A stretch of 64,000 bases of DNA from Malacoraja senta (GCA_038087875.1 CM075993.1:2544001-2608000), one strand, 5' to 3'; positions 1 through 12,500 are shown, numbered from the stretch's first letter. Numbers and translations: made by a program. Notes: generated by a model not told the origin, from the letters alone.

Positions 1-303
1 CACACCAGCCAACATGTCCCAGCTATACTAGTCCCACCTGCCCGCGTTTGGCCCATATCCCTCCAAACCTGTCCTATCCATGTACCTGTCTAACTGTTTC
101 TTAAAGGTTGGGATAGTCCCAGCCTCAACTACCTCCTCTGGCAGCTCATTCCATATACCCTCCACCCTTTGTGTGAAAAAGCTACCGCTCAGATTCCTAT
201 TAAATCTTTTCCCCTTCACCTTAAACCTATGTTCTCTGATCCTCGATTCACCTGCTCTGGGCAAGAGACTCTGTGCATCTGCCCGATCTATTTTTCTTAT
301 GAG
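1..303 (-). mobile_element. CR1 LINE 3' fragment (ORF2 C-terminus + 3' UTR)
   Basis: ORF 28..264 reads FFTQRVEGIWNELPEEVVEAGTIPTFKKQLD, the typical CR1 ORF2 C-terminal motif; near-identical copies recur through the window. Confidence 0.9.
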
Positions 304-853
304 GATAGATGACCTTCATTAAAAATGACCTTTTACCGCTTAGCCTCCAGGGCTGACATTGCTTTCGAGGTTATGACTGAGCTATTTCCCGTCCCCAACA
401 TTGTGGGCCTCGTAATCATGTGGCTTCTCCTCGAATCTCGCATTTTGGATACCTGTCACAATCACAGCCATTTGCAGAGCTTCCAGTCCCAGTTAAAAAA
501 ACATGCAGATTATCTCTAGCTTGCAGTTACCTGTGGGGAATATGGATTCCGAGGCGAAACTGTCTGAACTTTGTCAGATTTGATTGCTTCCTCCCCTCCC
601 GTCAGCTCGTCACCTGCCCTCGATTTGATACCTCTGCCAACATCCTAATGCAGTGATCTTCCATTTTAAATTAACATTAAATCTAAGATTTATACATTCT
701 GTGTGGATCGCTGGAGTTGAGTTTGAGCCTGTACGTGATAATTGCTTGGGATGAGTCTAAACAGGAATCAGGCCTGGCCGGCTAAAAGCAATGTTCTGAT
801 ATCGACACCCGTGAAGATGTATCTTGTGTAAAGACACAAAATGCTGGAGTAAC

Positions 854-1456
854 ATTAAAAAAAAAAATTTTTTTTATTAGAAGTATAATCGTATGGCACC
901 AAAGTGCCTAATATATATATTTTCATAACACATTTTATGTACAGCTTCTTATTTTTTTTATTATAATAAAGAAGAATAAGAAAAAGAAATTAGATAATAA
1001 AGGATAGAAAAACGTGAGATATATAGTGTGTGAAAAAGAAGAAAAGAAAGAATGAAAGAAGAAAGTTGAAGAAAAGAGATTAGAGATTAGAGATTAGAGA
1101 TTAGAGATTAGAGATTCCTTTATTTGTCATTCAGACCTTTCGGTCTGAACAAAATTTCGTTGCCTGCAGTCATACATATAATAATAAATAACAAAACACA
1201 CAATAAACACAAATTAACATCCACCACAGTGAGTTCACCAGGCACCTCCTCACTGTGATGGAGGCAAAAGTCTTAAAGTCTCTGTCTCTTCCCTCCTTGT
1301 TCTCCCTCTGCGCTGAGGTGATCCAGGCTTCTAACGAAAATAGGGAAAAGAGAGTAAAAAATTTAAAAAAAGAAGTAATGAGATCATTATTTATAATCTT
1401 GACCTTCCCTCACCCAGTCCTGAGACAGTTAGCCTTTACAATTGTGTTGCACCAAA
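854..1456 (-). mobile_element. L1 3' UTR fragment with a nested Rex-type 3' end (about 1076-1330, (GAGATTA)n tail), inserted in a Penelope-derived repeat
   Basis: Reverse complement resembles the L1 3' UTR at about 52500-52780; flanked by the direct repeat GCTGGAGTAAC (843-853 / 1457-1467). Confidence 0.65.
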
Positions 1457-1503
1457 GCTGGAGTAACTTAACGGGACAGGCAGCATCTCTGGAGAGAAGG
1501 AAT

Positions 1504-1538
1504 GGGTGACGTTTCGGGTCGAGACCCTTCTTCAGACT
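1504..1538 (-). ncRNA. Minimal hammerhead-like ribozyme motif in a Penelope-derived repeat
   Basis: Minus strand AGU-CUGAAGA-A-GGGUC(UC)GACCC-GAAAC-GUC-ACCC: CUGANGA and GAAA core with stem II and a palindromic ACGU stem III. Confidence 0.6.
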
Positions 1539-2111
1539 CTCCGTCAAGGTGATAGTGTAAAGTGCTTTCTAATAATAGAAATATCATCCAAAACATCATG
1601 GGGGGGAAAAGAGTTCCAGGAAGTATATATGGACGAGGGGGAAAGTTGCCGTGAGTGAAAGCCCTTTCATGTTTTTCCTTGCATACATTTTCAATGACCG
1701 AGAGAATATTCCACTTCATCTAAATACAGCTCTTCAAAACGTAAACGTGGCTGCTGAGATTACGTCTTAGGGACTTGGTAATGCAACCGTTTGCACTCTA
1801 TAACAGACTGATAACGTCCTTATGCACCACACTTTGTTTGCCTTATCAGCCAGCCAGCCAGCATGTGTCTTATGAATAGCTAATGACGTTTGATTTTCCG
1901 AGACTTCAAGAAATCGGACGTCAGGGCTTCACATATAGCACTTCATTTCAAGATAGATGCTATTCCATTGAAGTGACATCCCGCTATATTCTTCCGAAAC
2001 ACCTGATAAGTCCTGACATGTGGTGTTGCCACCAACTTATCCCTTGCGGGCCAAAGGTGTGAACTGAGACACAACTGGCTCCGTTCAAGAGAGAGTTCGA
2101 TATCACTCTTA

Positions 2112-2230
2112 TGGGCCTGTCCCACTTAGGCGATTTTTTAGGCAAATTCAGGCGACTAGCTTGTCGTCACATGTTCGCTGGTGGTCGCCGGGAGTAGTCT
2201 CCTCAGTCGCACAAAAAGTCGTAGCGTCTT
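2112..2230. mobile_element. Truncated PIF/Harbinger-type MITE
   Basis: TTA followed by the TIR TGGGCCTGTCCCACTTAGGCGA, the same terminus as the 57971-58158 element. Confidence 0.65.
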
Positions 2231-2421
2231 TAATTCTGAGGCTGTGACCTCTAGTCCTAGACTCTCCCACTAGTGGAAACATCCTCTCCACATCCACTCT
2301 ATCCAGGCCTTTCACTATTCTGTACGTTTCAATGAGGTCACCCCCTCATTCTTCTAAACTCCAGCGAGTACAGGCCCAGTGCCATCAAACGGTCATCATA
2401 TGTTAATGATCAGATGAGAAG

Positions 2422-2710
2422 TTTAGTTTAAGTTTTAGAGACAGCGCGGAAACAGGCCCTTCGGCCCACCGAGTCCGCGCTGACTAGCGATCCCCACACA
2501 TTAACACTACCCTACACACACTGGGGACAATTTACATTTAAACCAAGCCAATTAACCTACAAACCTGTACGTCTTTGGAGGGTGGGAGGAAACCGAAGAT
2601 CTCGGAGAAAACCCACGCAGGTCACGGGGAGAACGTACAAACTCTGTACAGACAGCACCCGTGGTCAGGATCGAACCCGGGTCTCTGGCGCTGTGAGGCA
2701 GCAACTCTAC
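2422..2710 (-). mobile_element. HE1-like tRNA-derived SINE
   Basis: B box GGTTCGATCC on minus, conserved body, CR1-like 3' tail GGGCCGAAGGGCCTGTTTCC ending in (TAAAC)n. Confidence 0.85.
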
Positions 2711-3477
2711 AGGGAAGGGATGGAGGAGTCAATTGTGTTAAAGATTAACGATGGGTTCAGAGGAACTTTATTGGAAAATCGAACTCCAAAACCCGCAGTT
2801 AACGAATTATATCAAGTGGTAACTGAGTACAATTTTCACGGTGCTGTGGACTTGAAGTTACAGTAAATATCTTTCTTTGCCTTCGTTGGTGGATATAATA
2901 TGGATTGCAACTACTGCTGGCTCTCCGTGGAGTTCCCATTCTGTGTAATTATTCCAGTAACAGCTAGGGCTGACACCAGCACTCAGTTTTACAGTGACTG
3001 AACTTGTCAAATGAAATATCCATCTGCACCTTGTATTCAGATGCGATATTATAGATTGCCTTCGTGTTTCTAACAACCATACTGCAAGAAGTGATTTGGA
3101 AAAGTCCGATACCAGATTAGATTCCTTCCTAAAGGTCCATTAGAGTTGCTCTCAATTAATTTCCGCAGTGCCAGAATAATCTGTCAGGCTTTTAAAAGCT
3201 CTCCTGGACGATGTAAAGTGAGGTCGTTCATTTTTTCCGATCTTACTAGCAAAGTATTTGTTTTCCAGACTTTCCATGCTCTGCTGGCATGATCAAAGTA
3301 CAGGTCTCCCTCACCCTCCACCTACATCCTTTCCTCTGGCTTCACAATCCGCAACTCCTCATTCCCTTTTGTCTCACACCTTCTGCGTTTATCTCTGGCC
3401 TTTGGCTTTGAGCGTAGAAGTTGGGAGGTCACACACTATGCAGTTGTATAAGACGTTGGTGAGGTCATACACTAGAG

Positions 3478-4168
3478 AATAGACAATAGACAATAGACAA
3501 TAGGTGCAGGAGTAGGCCATTCGGCCTTTCGAGCCAGCACCGCCATTCAATGTGATCATGGCTGATCATCCCCAATCAGTACCCCGTTCCTGCCTTCACC
3601 CCATATTCCCTGACTCCGTTATCTTTAAGAGCCCTATCTAGCTCTGTCTTGAAAGTATCCAGAGAACCGGCCTCCACCGCCCTCTGAGGCAGAGAATTCC
3701 ACAGACTCACCACTCTCTGTGTGAAAAAGTGTTTCCTCGTCTACGTTCTAAATGACTTACCCCTTATTCTTAAACTGTGGCCCCTGGTTCTGGACTCCCC
3801 CAACATCGGGAACTGCCTCCAGCGTGTCCAAACCCTTAACAATCTTATATGTTTCAATAAGATCCCCTTTCATCTTTCTAAACTCCAGCGTGTACAAGCC
3901 CAGCCGCTCCATTCTCTCAGCATATGACAGTCCCGCCATCCCGGGAATTAACCTGGTGAACCTACGCTGCACTCCCTCAATAGCAAGAATGTTCCTCAAA
4001 TTAGGGGACCAGTTCTGCACACAATACTCCAGGTGTGGTCTCACTAGGGCCCTGTACAACTGCAGAAGGACCTCTTTACTCCTATACTCGACTCCTCTAG
4101 TTATAAAGGTCAACATGCCATTTGCTTTCTTCACTGCCTGCTGTACCTGCATGCTTACTTTCATAGAC
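3478..4168 (-). mobile_element. CR1 LINE 3' fragment, (ATTGTCT)n-tail subfamily
   Basis: ORF 3757..4212 contains LYRALVRPHLEYCVQ.WSP and IEGVQRRFTRLIPG; tail repeat at 3478-3500. Confidence 0.92.
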
Positions 4169-4184
4169 TTAGAGTACTGAACAC

Positions 4185-4495
4185 TTAGAGGATTGTGTTC
4201 AGTTCTGGGCACCGTGTTATAGGAAAGATGCAGTCATGCTGGAAAGGGTATGGAGAAGATTTACGAGGATGTTGCCAGCACTAGTGGGTCTGAGCTACAG
4301 GGAGAGGTTGAGCAGGCTGGTCTCTAATCCTTGGAGCGCAGGAGGATGAGGGGTGATCTTATAGAGCTGTATAAGAGGAATAGATCGGGTAGATGCACAG
4401 GGCCTCTTGCCCAGAGTAGGGGAATCGAGGACCGGAGGACAGAGGTTCAAGGTGAAGGGGAAAAGATTTAATAGGAATCCGAAGGGTAACCTATT
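4185..4495 (+). mobile_element. CR1 LINE fragment
   Basis: Similar to the CR1 copy at 49097-49630. Confidence 0.8.
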
Positions 4496-5224
4496 CCTTA
4501 ATCCACCTTCGTGAAAGGTCTCGACCTGAAACGTCACCCCATTCCTTCTCTCCAGAGATGCTGCCTGACCCGCTGAGTTACTCCAGCTTTTTGTGTCTAT
4601 CTTCGGTTTAAACCAGCATCTGCAGTTCCTTCCAACACAGTCATGGCCCACCACCCTGTTTCTCAACCCTCAATCCTGTTCTTCTGCTGATTGAAAAATT
4701 CAGTTCAGACTGTGTGTAACGGTAGGAAAAGAAATCAGCTGAATTCTACCCTGCGCTGGCACAATACTGGATTTCAATTATTTGTAGAATACATGTCCCT
4801 TTACCTCTGAATGTCCGAGGGTGATAACAAATATTGAATTCGCTCTCCTGTAACCCAGTTACCATAGCAACTGTGTGCATGAAAATTGACTTCTTCATTT
4901 GTTCAGGGAAGATTATTTTTACTTATTGTCTCTGGATGTCCCTGATATCACGGGCGGTTAGCAGTGAACCAAAGGATTGTATTCACGTTACTTCCCACCA
5001 AGCTGTTAATAAGTGTTCAATTCCTTTAGAAATCGCCACTAACGAGATAGCCACGGCCTTCAGCCACTCCAAAGCAATGTTCGCAGGGATAGGAGAAAGG
5101 ATTGTTTTTCTCTCTCTCTCTGAGAATGTATTTTATATGGTGTATCCTTGCAGCAAAATTAGATTTTGTACACACACTGGGCAAAAAGAGAGGCTGCGAT
5201 CAGTTCTGGCCGACCTCCGTCGTT

Positions 5225-5550
5225 CCATCGGGCAAAATGTCCAGAGTGTGAAAACGCACACCTCCAGATACTGGGGCAGTTTCTTCCCAGCTGTTATCAA
5301 GCAACTGAACCATCCTATCAACATCTGGAGAGCGATCTTGAGCTACCATCTGCCTCATTGGAGACCCTCAGACTATGTCTGATGGACTATATCTTGCACT
5401 AAATGTCATTTATGTTATTCCCTTTATCCTGTATCTGTACATTGTGGACGGCTCGATTGTAATCATGTATTGTCTTTCCGCTGACTGGATAGCCCGCAAC
5501 TAAAGCTTTTCACTGTACCTCGGTACACATGACAATAAACTCAACTAAAC
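5225..5550 (+). mobile_element. Rex-Babar-type LINE 3' end
   Basis: Encodes SVKTHTSRYWGSFFPAVIKQLN (Rex1-like C-terminal SFFP.AIR.LN motif); ends in GACAATAAAC plus a short repeat tail; related copies near 21600-21840, 57080-57865 and 60465-60773. Confidence 0.7.
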
Positions 5551-5604
5551 CATGAGGAAATAAGACACAAAATGCTGGAGTAACTCAGTGGAATAGGCAG
5601 CATC

Positions 5605-5808
5605 TCTGGATTAAAGGAATGGGTGACGTTTCAGGTCGAGACCTTTCTTCAGACCCTCTGGATAGAAGGAATGGGTGATGTTTCAGATCAAGACCCTTCT
5701 TCAGACCCTCTGGATAGAAGGAATGGGTGATGTTTCAGATCAAGACCCTTCTTCAGACCCTCTGGATAGAAGGAATGGGTGATATTTCAGGTCAAGACCC
5801 TTCTTCAG
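5605..5808 (-). repeat. Four tandem 52-bp Penelope-derived units, each with a hammerhead-like core
   Basis: Units start at 5605, 5657, 5709 and 5761; minus strand reads CUGAAGA...GAAA in each. Confidence 0.8.
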
Positions 5809-6676
5809 AAGACAGAATTGTCCCTAGTGTATGTTGGGGAGTGTTAATGTGCGGTGATCGCTGTACGTCTTTGGAGTGTGGGAGGAAACCGAAGATCTCG
5901 GAGAAAACCCACGCAGGTCACGGGAAGAACGTACAAACTCCCTACAGACAGCACCCGTAGTCGGGATCGAACCCGGGTCTCCGGCGCTGCATTAGTTGTA
6001 AGGCAGCGACTCTACCGCTGTGCCACCGTGACCGCCATGTTAACTTGGATGAATAATAAGGGGTATCCTTACATAAGATTTGACACTTTTCCCTTTGAAC
6101 CACAAAATAAGGAGTAGCGTTCAATTCCTTACAGTCTATACGTGGAACACTGATTATTATTAAGATTATGGAAGTAATTTTACTTCTAAAGCATCCGAGA
6201 TTGACTTAAATCCCGTACACCCAGTTCAGAGGTGTTCGGCCCCATGAAGAGATGATCCGTTTTAGTGAGGTGTGGAGACGAGGAACTGCAGATGCTTGTT
6301 TATAAAACAAGACTCAAAGTGCTGGAGTAACTCAGCGGGTCAGGTAACAAGATCGACACAAAATGCTGGAGTAACTCAGCGGGTCAGGTAACAAGATCGA
6401 CACAAAATGCTGGAGTAACTCAGCGGGACAGGCGGTATCTCTGGAGAGAAGGAATGGGTGACGTTTCGGGTCGAGACTGAAGAAGGGTCCCGACCCGAAA
6501 CATGGCTTATTCACGTTCTCCAGAGAAGCCGCCTGACCCGCTGAGTTACTCCAGCACTGTGTGTAGATCTGTGTTGGTCAAACTGTTTGAGAACCAAATA
6601 TTATTCAGTACAAAAGGGAAAGAAAGTACCTTGAGATGGTTGGTGCCCACATGGAGGGGCCAGTCCTAGACTTTGT

Positions 6677-6917
6677 GTTAAAGAAGGAACTGCAGATGCT
6701 GGAAAATCGAAGGTACACAAAAATGCTGGAGAAACTCAGCGGGTGCAGCAGCATCTATGGAGCGAAGGAAATAGGCAACGTTTCGGCCCGAAACCCTTCC
6801 GGGTTTCGTCCCGAAACGTTGCCTATTTCCTTCAGGGTTTCGGCCCGAAACGTTGCCTATTTCCTTCGCTCCATAGATGCTGCTGCACCCGCTGAGTTTC
6901 TCCAGCATTTTTGTGTA
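6677..6917. mobile_element. Foldback Penelope-derived mini-element with 17-bp TSD
   Basis: Arms are reverse complements of each other; flanked by CCAGTCCTAGACTTTGT at 6660-6676 and 6918-6934. Confidence 0.85.
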
Positions 6918-7452
6918 CCAGTCCTAGACTTTGTTCCTTTCCTCAATCAATACTCCCTCAGCCCAGTGAGATAGTACGATTGCAGGCTATTCTGCTCACT
7001 GCCTTCTGCCTCAATGCTGAAGTGTAAGGCATGAAAATTCTCAAAGGTGCAGCTAAAGTTATCAGAAATATTTTTTGTCAGAGGGTGCTAAACAGTGTGT
7101 GTACACACAAAATAATGTGTGAACTCTGATGTGAGTGCTTGCAATTCTAATTCTGTGGATGGAATTCGAAGGGGGAAACAAATGCAGATGGTTTTCATAA
7201 GTTCATTGGTGATAGGAGCAGAATTAGGCCATTCGGCCCATCACGTCTACATTCAATCATGGCTGATCTATCTCTTCCTCCTAACCCCACTCTCCTGCCT
7301 TCTCCCCGTAACCCCTGGCAACCAAAACTGTCAAGGTATCTGTGGGAACATTATTTATAGTGACTCCAACAGAGAACGTTGAACAATACAGCACAGGAAA
7401 AGGCCCTTCAGCCCACAATGTCTGTGCCGAACATGATGCCAAGACCAACTAA

Positions 7453-8085
7453 TAGAGTCATAGTGTGGAAACAGGCCCTTTGGCCCAACTTACCCACACC
7501 GGCCATCATGTCCCAGCTACACTAGTCCCACCTGCCTGCGTTTGGTCCATATCCCTCCAAACCTGTCCTATCCATGTACCTGTCTAACTGCTTCTTAAAT
7601 GTTGGGATAGTCCCTGCCTCAATAGACAATAGACAATAGGTACAGGAGTAGGCCATTCGGCCCTTCAAGCCAGCACCGCCATTCAATGTGATCATGGCTG
7701 ATCATCCCCAATCAGTACCCCGTTCCTGCCTTCTCCCCATATCCCCTGACTCCACTATCTTTAAGAGCCCTATCTAGCTCTCTCTTGAAAGTATCCAGAG
7801 AACTGGCCTCCACCGCTCTCTGAGGCAGAGAATTCCACAGACTCACAACTCTCTGTGTGAAAAAGTGTTTCCTCGTCTCCGTTCTAAATGGCTTACCCCT
7901 TATTCTCAACTACATCCTCTGGCAGCTTGTCCCATACACCCAGCACCCTTTGTGTGAAAAAGTTAACCCTCAGATTCCTGTTCAATCTTTTCCCCTTCAC
8001 CTTAAACCTATGTCCTCTGCTCCTCGATTCACCTACTCTGGGCAAGAGACTCTGTGCATCTACCCGATATATTCCTCTCATGATC
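7453..8085 (-). mobile_element. CR1 3' fragment with a second CR1 subfamily nested at about 7622-7905
   Basis: Two CR1 C-terminal peptides (7712..7909 and 7893..8174); the host sequence resumes after the insert. Confidence 0.85.
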
Positions 8086-8222
8086 TCAAGATGTTTTTTC
8101 TGAAAGACCCATTGGTGAGTTGTTGCTATGGGCAACGGTGGGAACCCCCCCACCCCCACTAAATGGGGGTTCATGTTACCTTCATCTCTTTTTGTTTTGT
8201 CTTTTGAGGAACATGCCCTTCG

Positions 8223-9249
8223 ATTACACTATTCGAAAGCTAAATTAAGTACATTTTACCCAAATACCTCTGCTATCTGTGATAAATGCCTAACCCAAGA
8301 AGCAACTATATATAGCACATTCTTTTGTTTTATGTATAAAAATTTTGGAATGAAATTTTTGAAATGTTCACTAAATTATTTAAAATAAAGCCGAAACCGA
8401 ATGCAGAACTGATTATTTTTGGAACAATAGAAGCAAGTTTGGAGCTGACCTCGTTTCAAAGGAGTTTCCTTAATTATGGCTTAATAACAGCAAAAAAACT
8501 GATACTGACATTTTGGAAAAATGCTCCCACGCCAACAATAAAAATGTGGACTTCTAGTATGTCGGAATTGTTACACCTAGAAGATATGAGATTCCTCTTA
8601 GCAGGTAAACCAGACCAATTCCAAAAGATTTGGTCTCCATTTATCGACTTATTACAAACATAGGGTGCAACAAAATGTTGATAATAAATGGTTTCAAGAC
8701 CTGGCGAGGGGTGAGTAAAGATATGAAGTAGGTACATCCCTTTCATATTGTCCAACCTTATCTTATGCTTTCTTTAACACCTTATCTTATGCTTTCTTTT
8801 TTCTTTTTCCTCCTTTTGGTTTTTCTCTTTTTTTTTTTTTTTTTTTCTCTAACTATTTCTTGTGGTTTAGGTCCATATGGGTGTTCCTGGCCCACTCTTT
8901 CAATCACTCACTTACTATCTTTAATTGTGTTTCTTATTTTCTTTTTGTGCTTTTGAAATTGAATTCTGTCCTTGATTTGTGTACTGTGGTGTTTTTATAT
9001 TTAATTTATTCCGATTATGTGTCTTGTATTTTTGTGATTCTATGCTTGGAAGGTGTCCTTGGGTTTTAGAAAGGCGCCAGTAAATAAAATGAATTATTAT
9101 TATTATTATTATCTTTACTAACTCTTTCTATCCTTTTTTCTTATTAAAGTTTAAAATAAGAAGTGGTACAAGAAAAGTATAAACTTACGGTATTGCAGAT
9201 TACTGTAAAGTACAATACTTCTAATAAAATAAAAAATACAACAAAAAAT
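8223..9249 (+). mobile_element. 5'-truncated L1 (ORF2 C-terminus + 3' UTR) with a nested L2-like 3' end at about 8852-9111
   Basis: RLHYSKAKL..YP..S..CDKC and AKKLIL.FWK..P.PTIKMW...WSPF motifs typical of fish-type L1 ORF2 C-termini; T-rich UTR and A-rich end; the nested piece ends AAATAAAATGAA(TTA)n. Confidence 0.8.
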
Positions 9250-9414
9250 ATGTTTTTTCTGGAAGACCCGTTGGTGAGTTGTTGCTATGGGCAACAGTGG
9301 GAACCCCCACCCCCACTAAATGTCACCTTCATCTCTTTTTGTTTTGTCTTTTGAGGAACATGCCCTTCGGCCCACCGAGTCCATGCCGACCATCGATCAC
9401 CTGAAAACTTTGAG

Positions 9415-9702
9415 GGCGGCATGGTGACGCAGTGGCAGAGTTGCTGCCTCACAGCGCCAGAGACCCGGGTTCGATCCTGACTACAGAATTTGTACGTTCT
9501 CCCTGCGACCATTTTCTCCAGTTTCCTCCCACACTCCAAAGACGTACAGGTTTTTGTAGGCTAATTGGCTTGGTATAATTGAAAATTGTGCCTAGTGTGT
9601 GTAGGATAGTGTTAGTGTGTGCGGGGATCGCTGGTCGGCGTGGAATCGGTGGGCCGAAGGGCCTGTTTCCGCGCTGTATCTCTGAACGAAACTAAACTAA
9701 AT
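9415..9702 (+). mobile_element. HE1-like SINE (3' part duplicated at about 9737-9846)
   Basis: A box TGGTGACGCAGTGG, B box GGTTCGATCC, CR1-like tail. Confidence 0.85.
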
Positions 9703-10478
9703 TAGGAACAAGAAGGACCTTTGACCACATTCAAAAGATTGTAAATTGTCCCGAGTGAGTGTAGGATAGTGTTAGTGTGTGCAGGGATCGTTGGTCAGCG
9801 TGGACTCGGTGGGCCGAAGGGCCTGTTTCCGTGTTGTATCTCTAAAATGTTACAATAACTCTTCACGTGGCTAATGTTTTGAACTCTATCTCTGAAGCCC
9901 TCAGCTATTTTATCTCCTGCATTAACATGAGATAGATTTTGCAACATGACAATATGAAGAATTATTATTCCAACCAAGCCAGAGATACAGAGATGGAAAC
10001 GTAGACAAACCTAGAGGCATTTATACTGAGGCAACTTGACTGCAAAATAATTTCCGACCCCATCCATGAATAAATTATGCAAACAATTGTTTAAAACCTA
10101 GCAGCATCAACAACCTTATGCAGAAATGACTCTGATGAACAGATTGGTAATGTTGGTTTGTTTGAGATTATTAAGTGCATGCGTTTATTTTTGGAAAACT
10201 GGAAACTGATTATTTTTTTCAATAAGTAAAATGATGAGATTGCTATTGCAATCTTGGTTGATATTATCGTGCCTGAATAATCCAATCTCACATGTGGGGA
10301 TGTGTTACTCTTTAGCTTATTGTCACCTGTAAAGAGGTACAGTGAAAAGACTCCTTTACCCAGAGTAGGGGACTCCAGGAACTGCAGATGCTGGAATTTC
10401 GAGTCAGGCACAAAGTGCTGGAGTAACTCAGTGGGTCAGGCAGCATCTGTGGAGGGCTGCGATAGAGTTGCTGCCTTA

Positions 10479-11083
10479 AAGGCCTGTCTCACGAGTCTGC
10501 GGTCATTGGCGGCGAAACGAGAAGAATCTGCCGCCATAGACCGCGCACTCGTGAGAACGTACAATTCCAGGGCCGTGCGGCGGTGTTCCCAACACCGCAC
10601 GGTGCTAAAATAAAACCGTCAATGTCGAAAACTATATACTCACCGCACAACCTCCACCAGTGATGCACGAGTGCGGCACGGCCGCCTGCACGGGCCGCCG
10701 CCAGCGTGGCTCGAGCGCCGTGCGTCAAACCTCCACTGCCACAGCCTCCGCCAGTGAGGCACGTGCCTCCGCCAGTGAGGCACGTGTGCTACACGGCCGC
10801 AGGCACAGCCACCGCTACAGCGCCGCGATCAGGATGGCCGCCGCCACAGCCGCCGCTGGTGAGTCACGTGCGGCGGGCCGACGTCATCGCAGTCGGCCCG
10901 CCCTTTTTTTTACTTACCGCAAGCACGTGGGACCCGCCGTGTTTGAATTAACTCGGCCCCCGCGCAGCATCCGTGCGGCGCTCCGGTGGATAGGCTCGCC
11001 GCTCTCGCCGTTGCCGCGCGGTCCCCGCTACCGGCGACGCCGCGCTTCACCGCCGATGACCGCAAACAGGTAAGACAGAGCCT
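10479..11083. mobile_element. GC/CpG-rich non-autonomous PIF/Harbinger-type DNA transposon
   Basis: Imperfect TIRs of about 36 bp (AAGGCCTGTCTCACGAGTCTGCGGTCATTGGCGGCG vs rc AGGCTCTGTCTTACCTGTTTGCGGTCATCGGCGGTG); flanked by TTA and TAA. Confidence 0.75.
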
Positions 11084-11086
11084 TAA

Positions 11087-11567
11087 AGGGGCTGTCCCAC
11101 TTGGGCGACCTAATTGGCGAGTTTAGAAGTTTGAAAAAATGTCATGTTGAAGACCTCCTTCGACTCTGTTGAAGACCACCTTCGACTAGCTACGACTAAC
11201 TTCGGGAAAATTGGACACCAAATAGTGGAGAGTGAAGACGACCTCCTTCAACCTCCCTTCGACTATGATGAAGACAATCTACGACTACCTTCGACTACCC
11301 TCGATTACCTACGACTAACATGCCGACCTACTACAACCTGCTACGACTAAACCTACAAGTAAAAAAAGTATCGATGTTTTCCGTGGCGACCTTTTTTTAC
11401 TCACGGGCATTTTTTAACACATTGAAAAAAACGCCGCGACCTAGCTGAGGCCTCGAGTAGGCGGAGACTACTCTCGAGCATGAAGGAGAGTTACGAACAC
11501 CTCCTACGACCTCGTGTCGACCATGCTGCGAGAATGAGTCGAGGGCAAACTTGCCAGAACAGCCCCT
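11087..11567. mobile_element. PIF/Harbinger-type MITE
   Basis: Starts AGGGGCTGTCCCAC and ends ACAGCCCCT; flanked by TAA and TTA; internal CGAC-rich repeats shared with 22140-22366 and 46102-46305. Confidence 0.75.
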
Positions 11568-12045
11568 TTACAGCACCAGGGACCAGGGTTCGATCCTGAC
11601 TACGGGTGCACGTTCTCCCCGTGACCTGCGTGGGTTTCCTCCGGGTGCTCCGGTTTCCCCCCAAACACTCCAAAGACGTGCAGGTTTGTAGGTTAATTTG
11701 GCTTCCGTAAAAATCGTGTGTGTGTAGGATAGTGCTAGTGTGTGGGGATCACTGTTCAGCACAGACTCGGTGGGCCGAAGGGCCTGTTTCTGTGCTGTAT
11801 CTCTCAACTCTAAATTCTAAACTACAAGACATGGATAGGCAACGTTTCGGTTCGGGACCTTCTTCAGACCTTTGTGCCTTGTGAGAGTGCGGTTCATTCA
11901 AGTGGGGTGTCAGACTGGGACCTCCTCCTGTGTACATAGAACGTCTCTCTGTGTGGCTTTGCCGTTAAGCAGGAAAGATCACACTGGTGTCCCGATCAGT
12001 CGCCATCGCACAATCCACAGGGGCACCAAGCAGCTGCCGTATTTT

Positions 12046-12500
12046 CATAAGATCATAAGAGATTGGAGCAGAATTTGGCCCATCAAGTCTACTCCGCCAT
12101 TCAATCACGGCTGATTTATCTCTCCCTCCTAACCCCATTCTCCTGCCTTCTCCCCATAACCCCCGACACCCGTACTAATCAAGAATCTATCTTGATTAGT
12201 GTAATGGCAACCACACATTCCACTGTACCAATTGGTACATGTGACAAGTAAATGTATCTTGTATCTTGTATCTATCTCTGCCTTATATATATCCACTGAC
12301 TTGGCCTCCACAGACTTCTGCGGCAAAGAATTCCACATATTCTCCACCCTGACTAAAGAGATTCCTTCTCCTTCCTAAAAGAGCATCCTTTAATTCTGAG
12401 GCTGTGAGCTCTAGTCCTAGACTCTCCCACTAGTGGAAACATCCTCTCCACGTCTACTCTATCAAAGCCTGTCACTATTCTGTATGTGTCAATGAGGTCA
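12046..12500 (-). mobile_element. CR1 LINE 3' fragment, (CTTATGA)-tail subfamily
   Basis: WNSLPQKSVEAKSVDIYKAEID peptide; similar to 47526-47895. Confidence 0.85.

Noticed and set aside
4834..5382. 182-aa ORF
   Set aside because: Non-ATG start, no recognisable domain, and its 3' third is a Rex LINE end.
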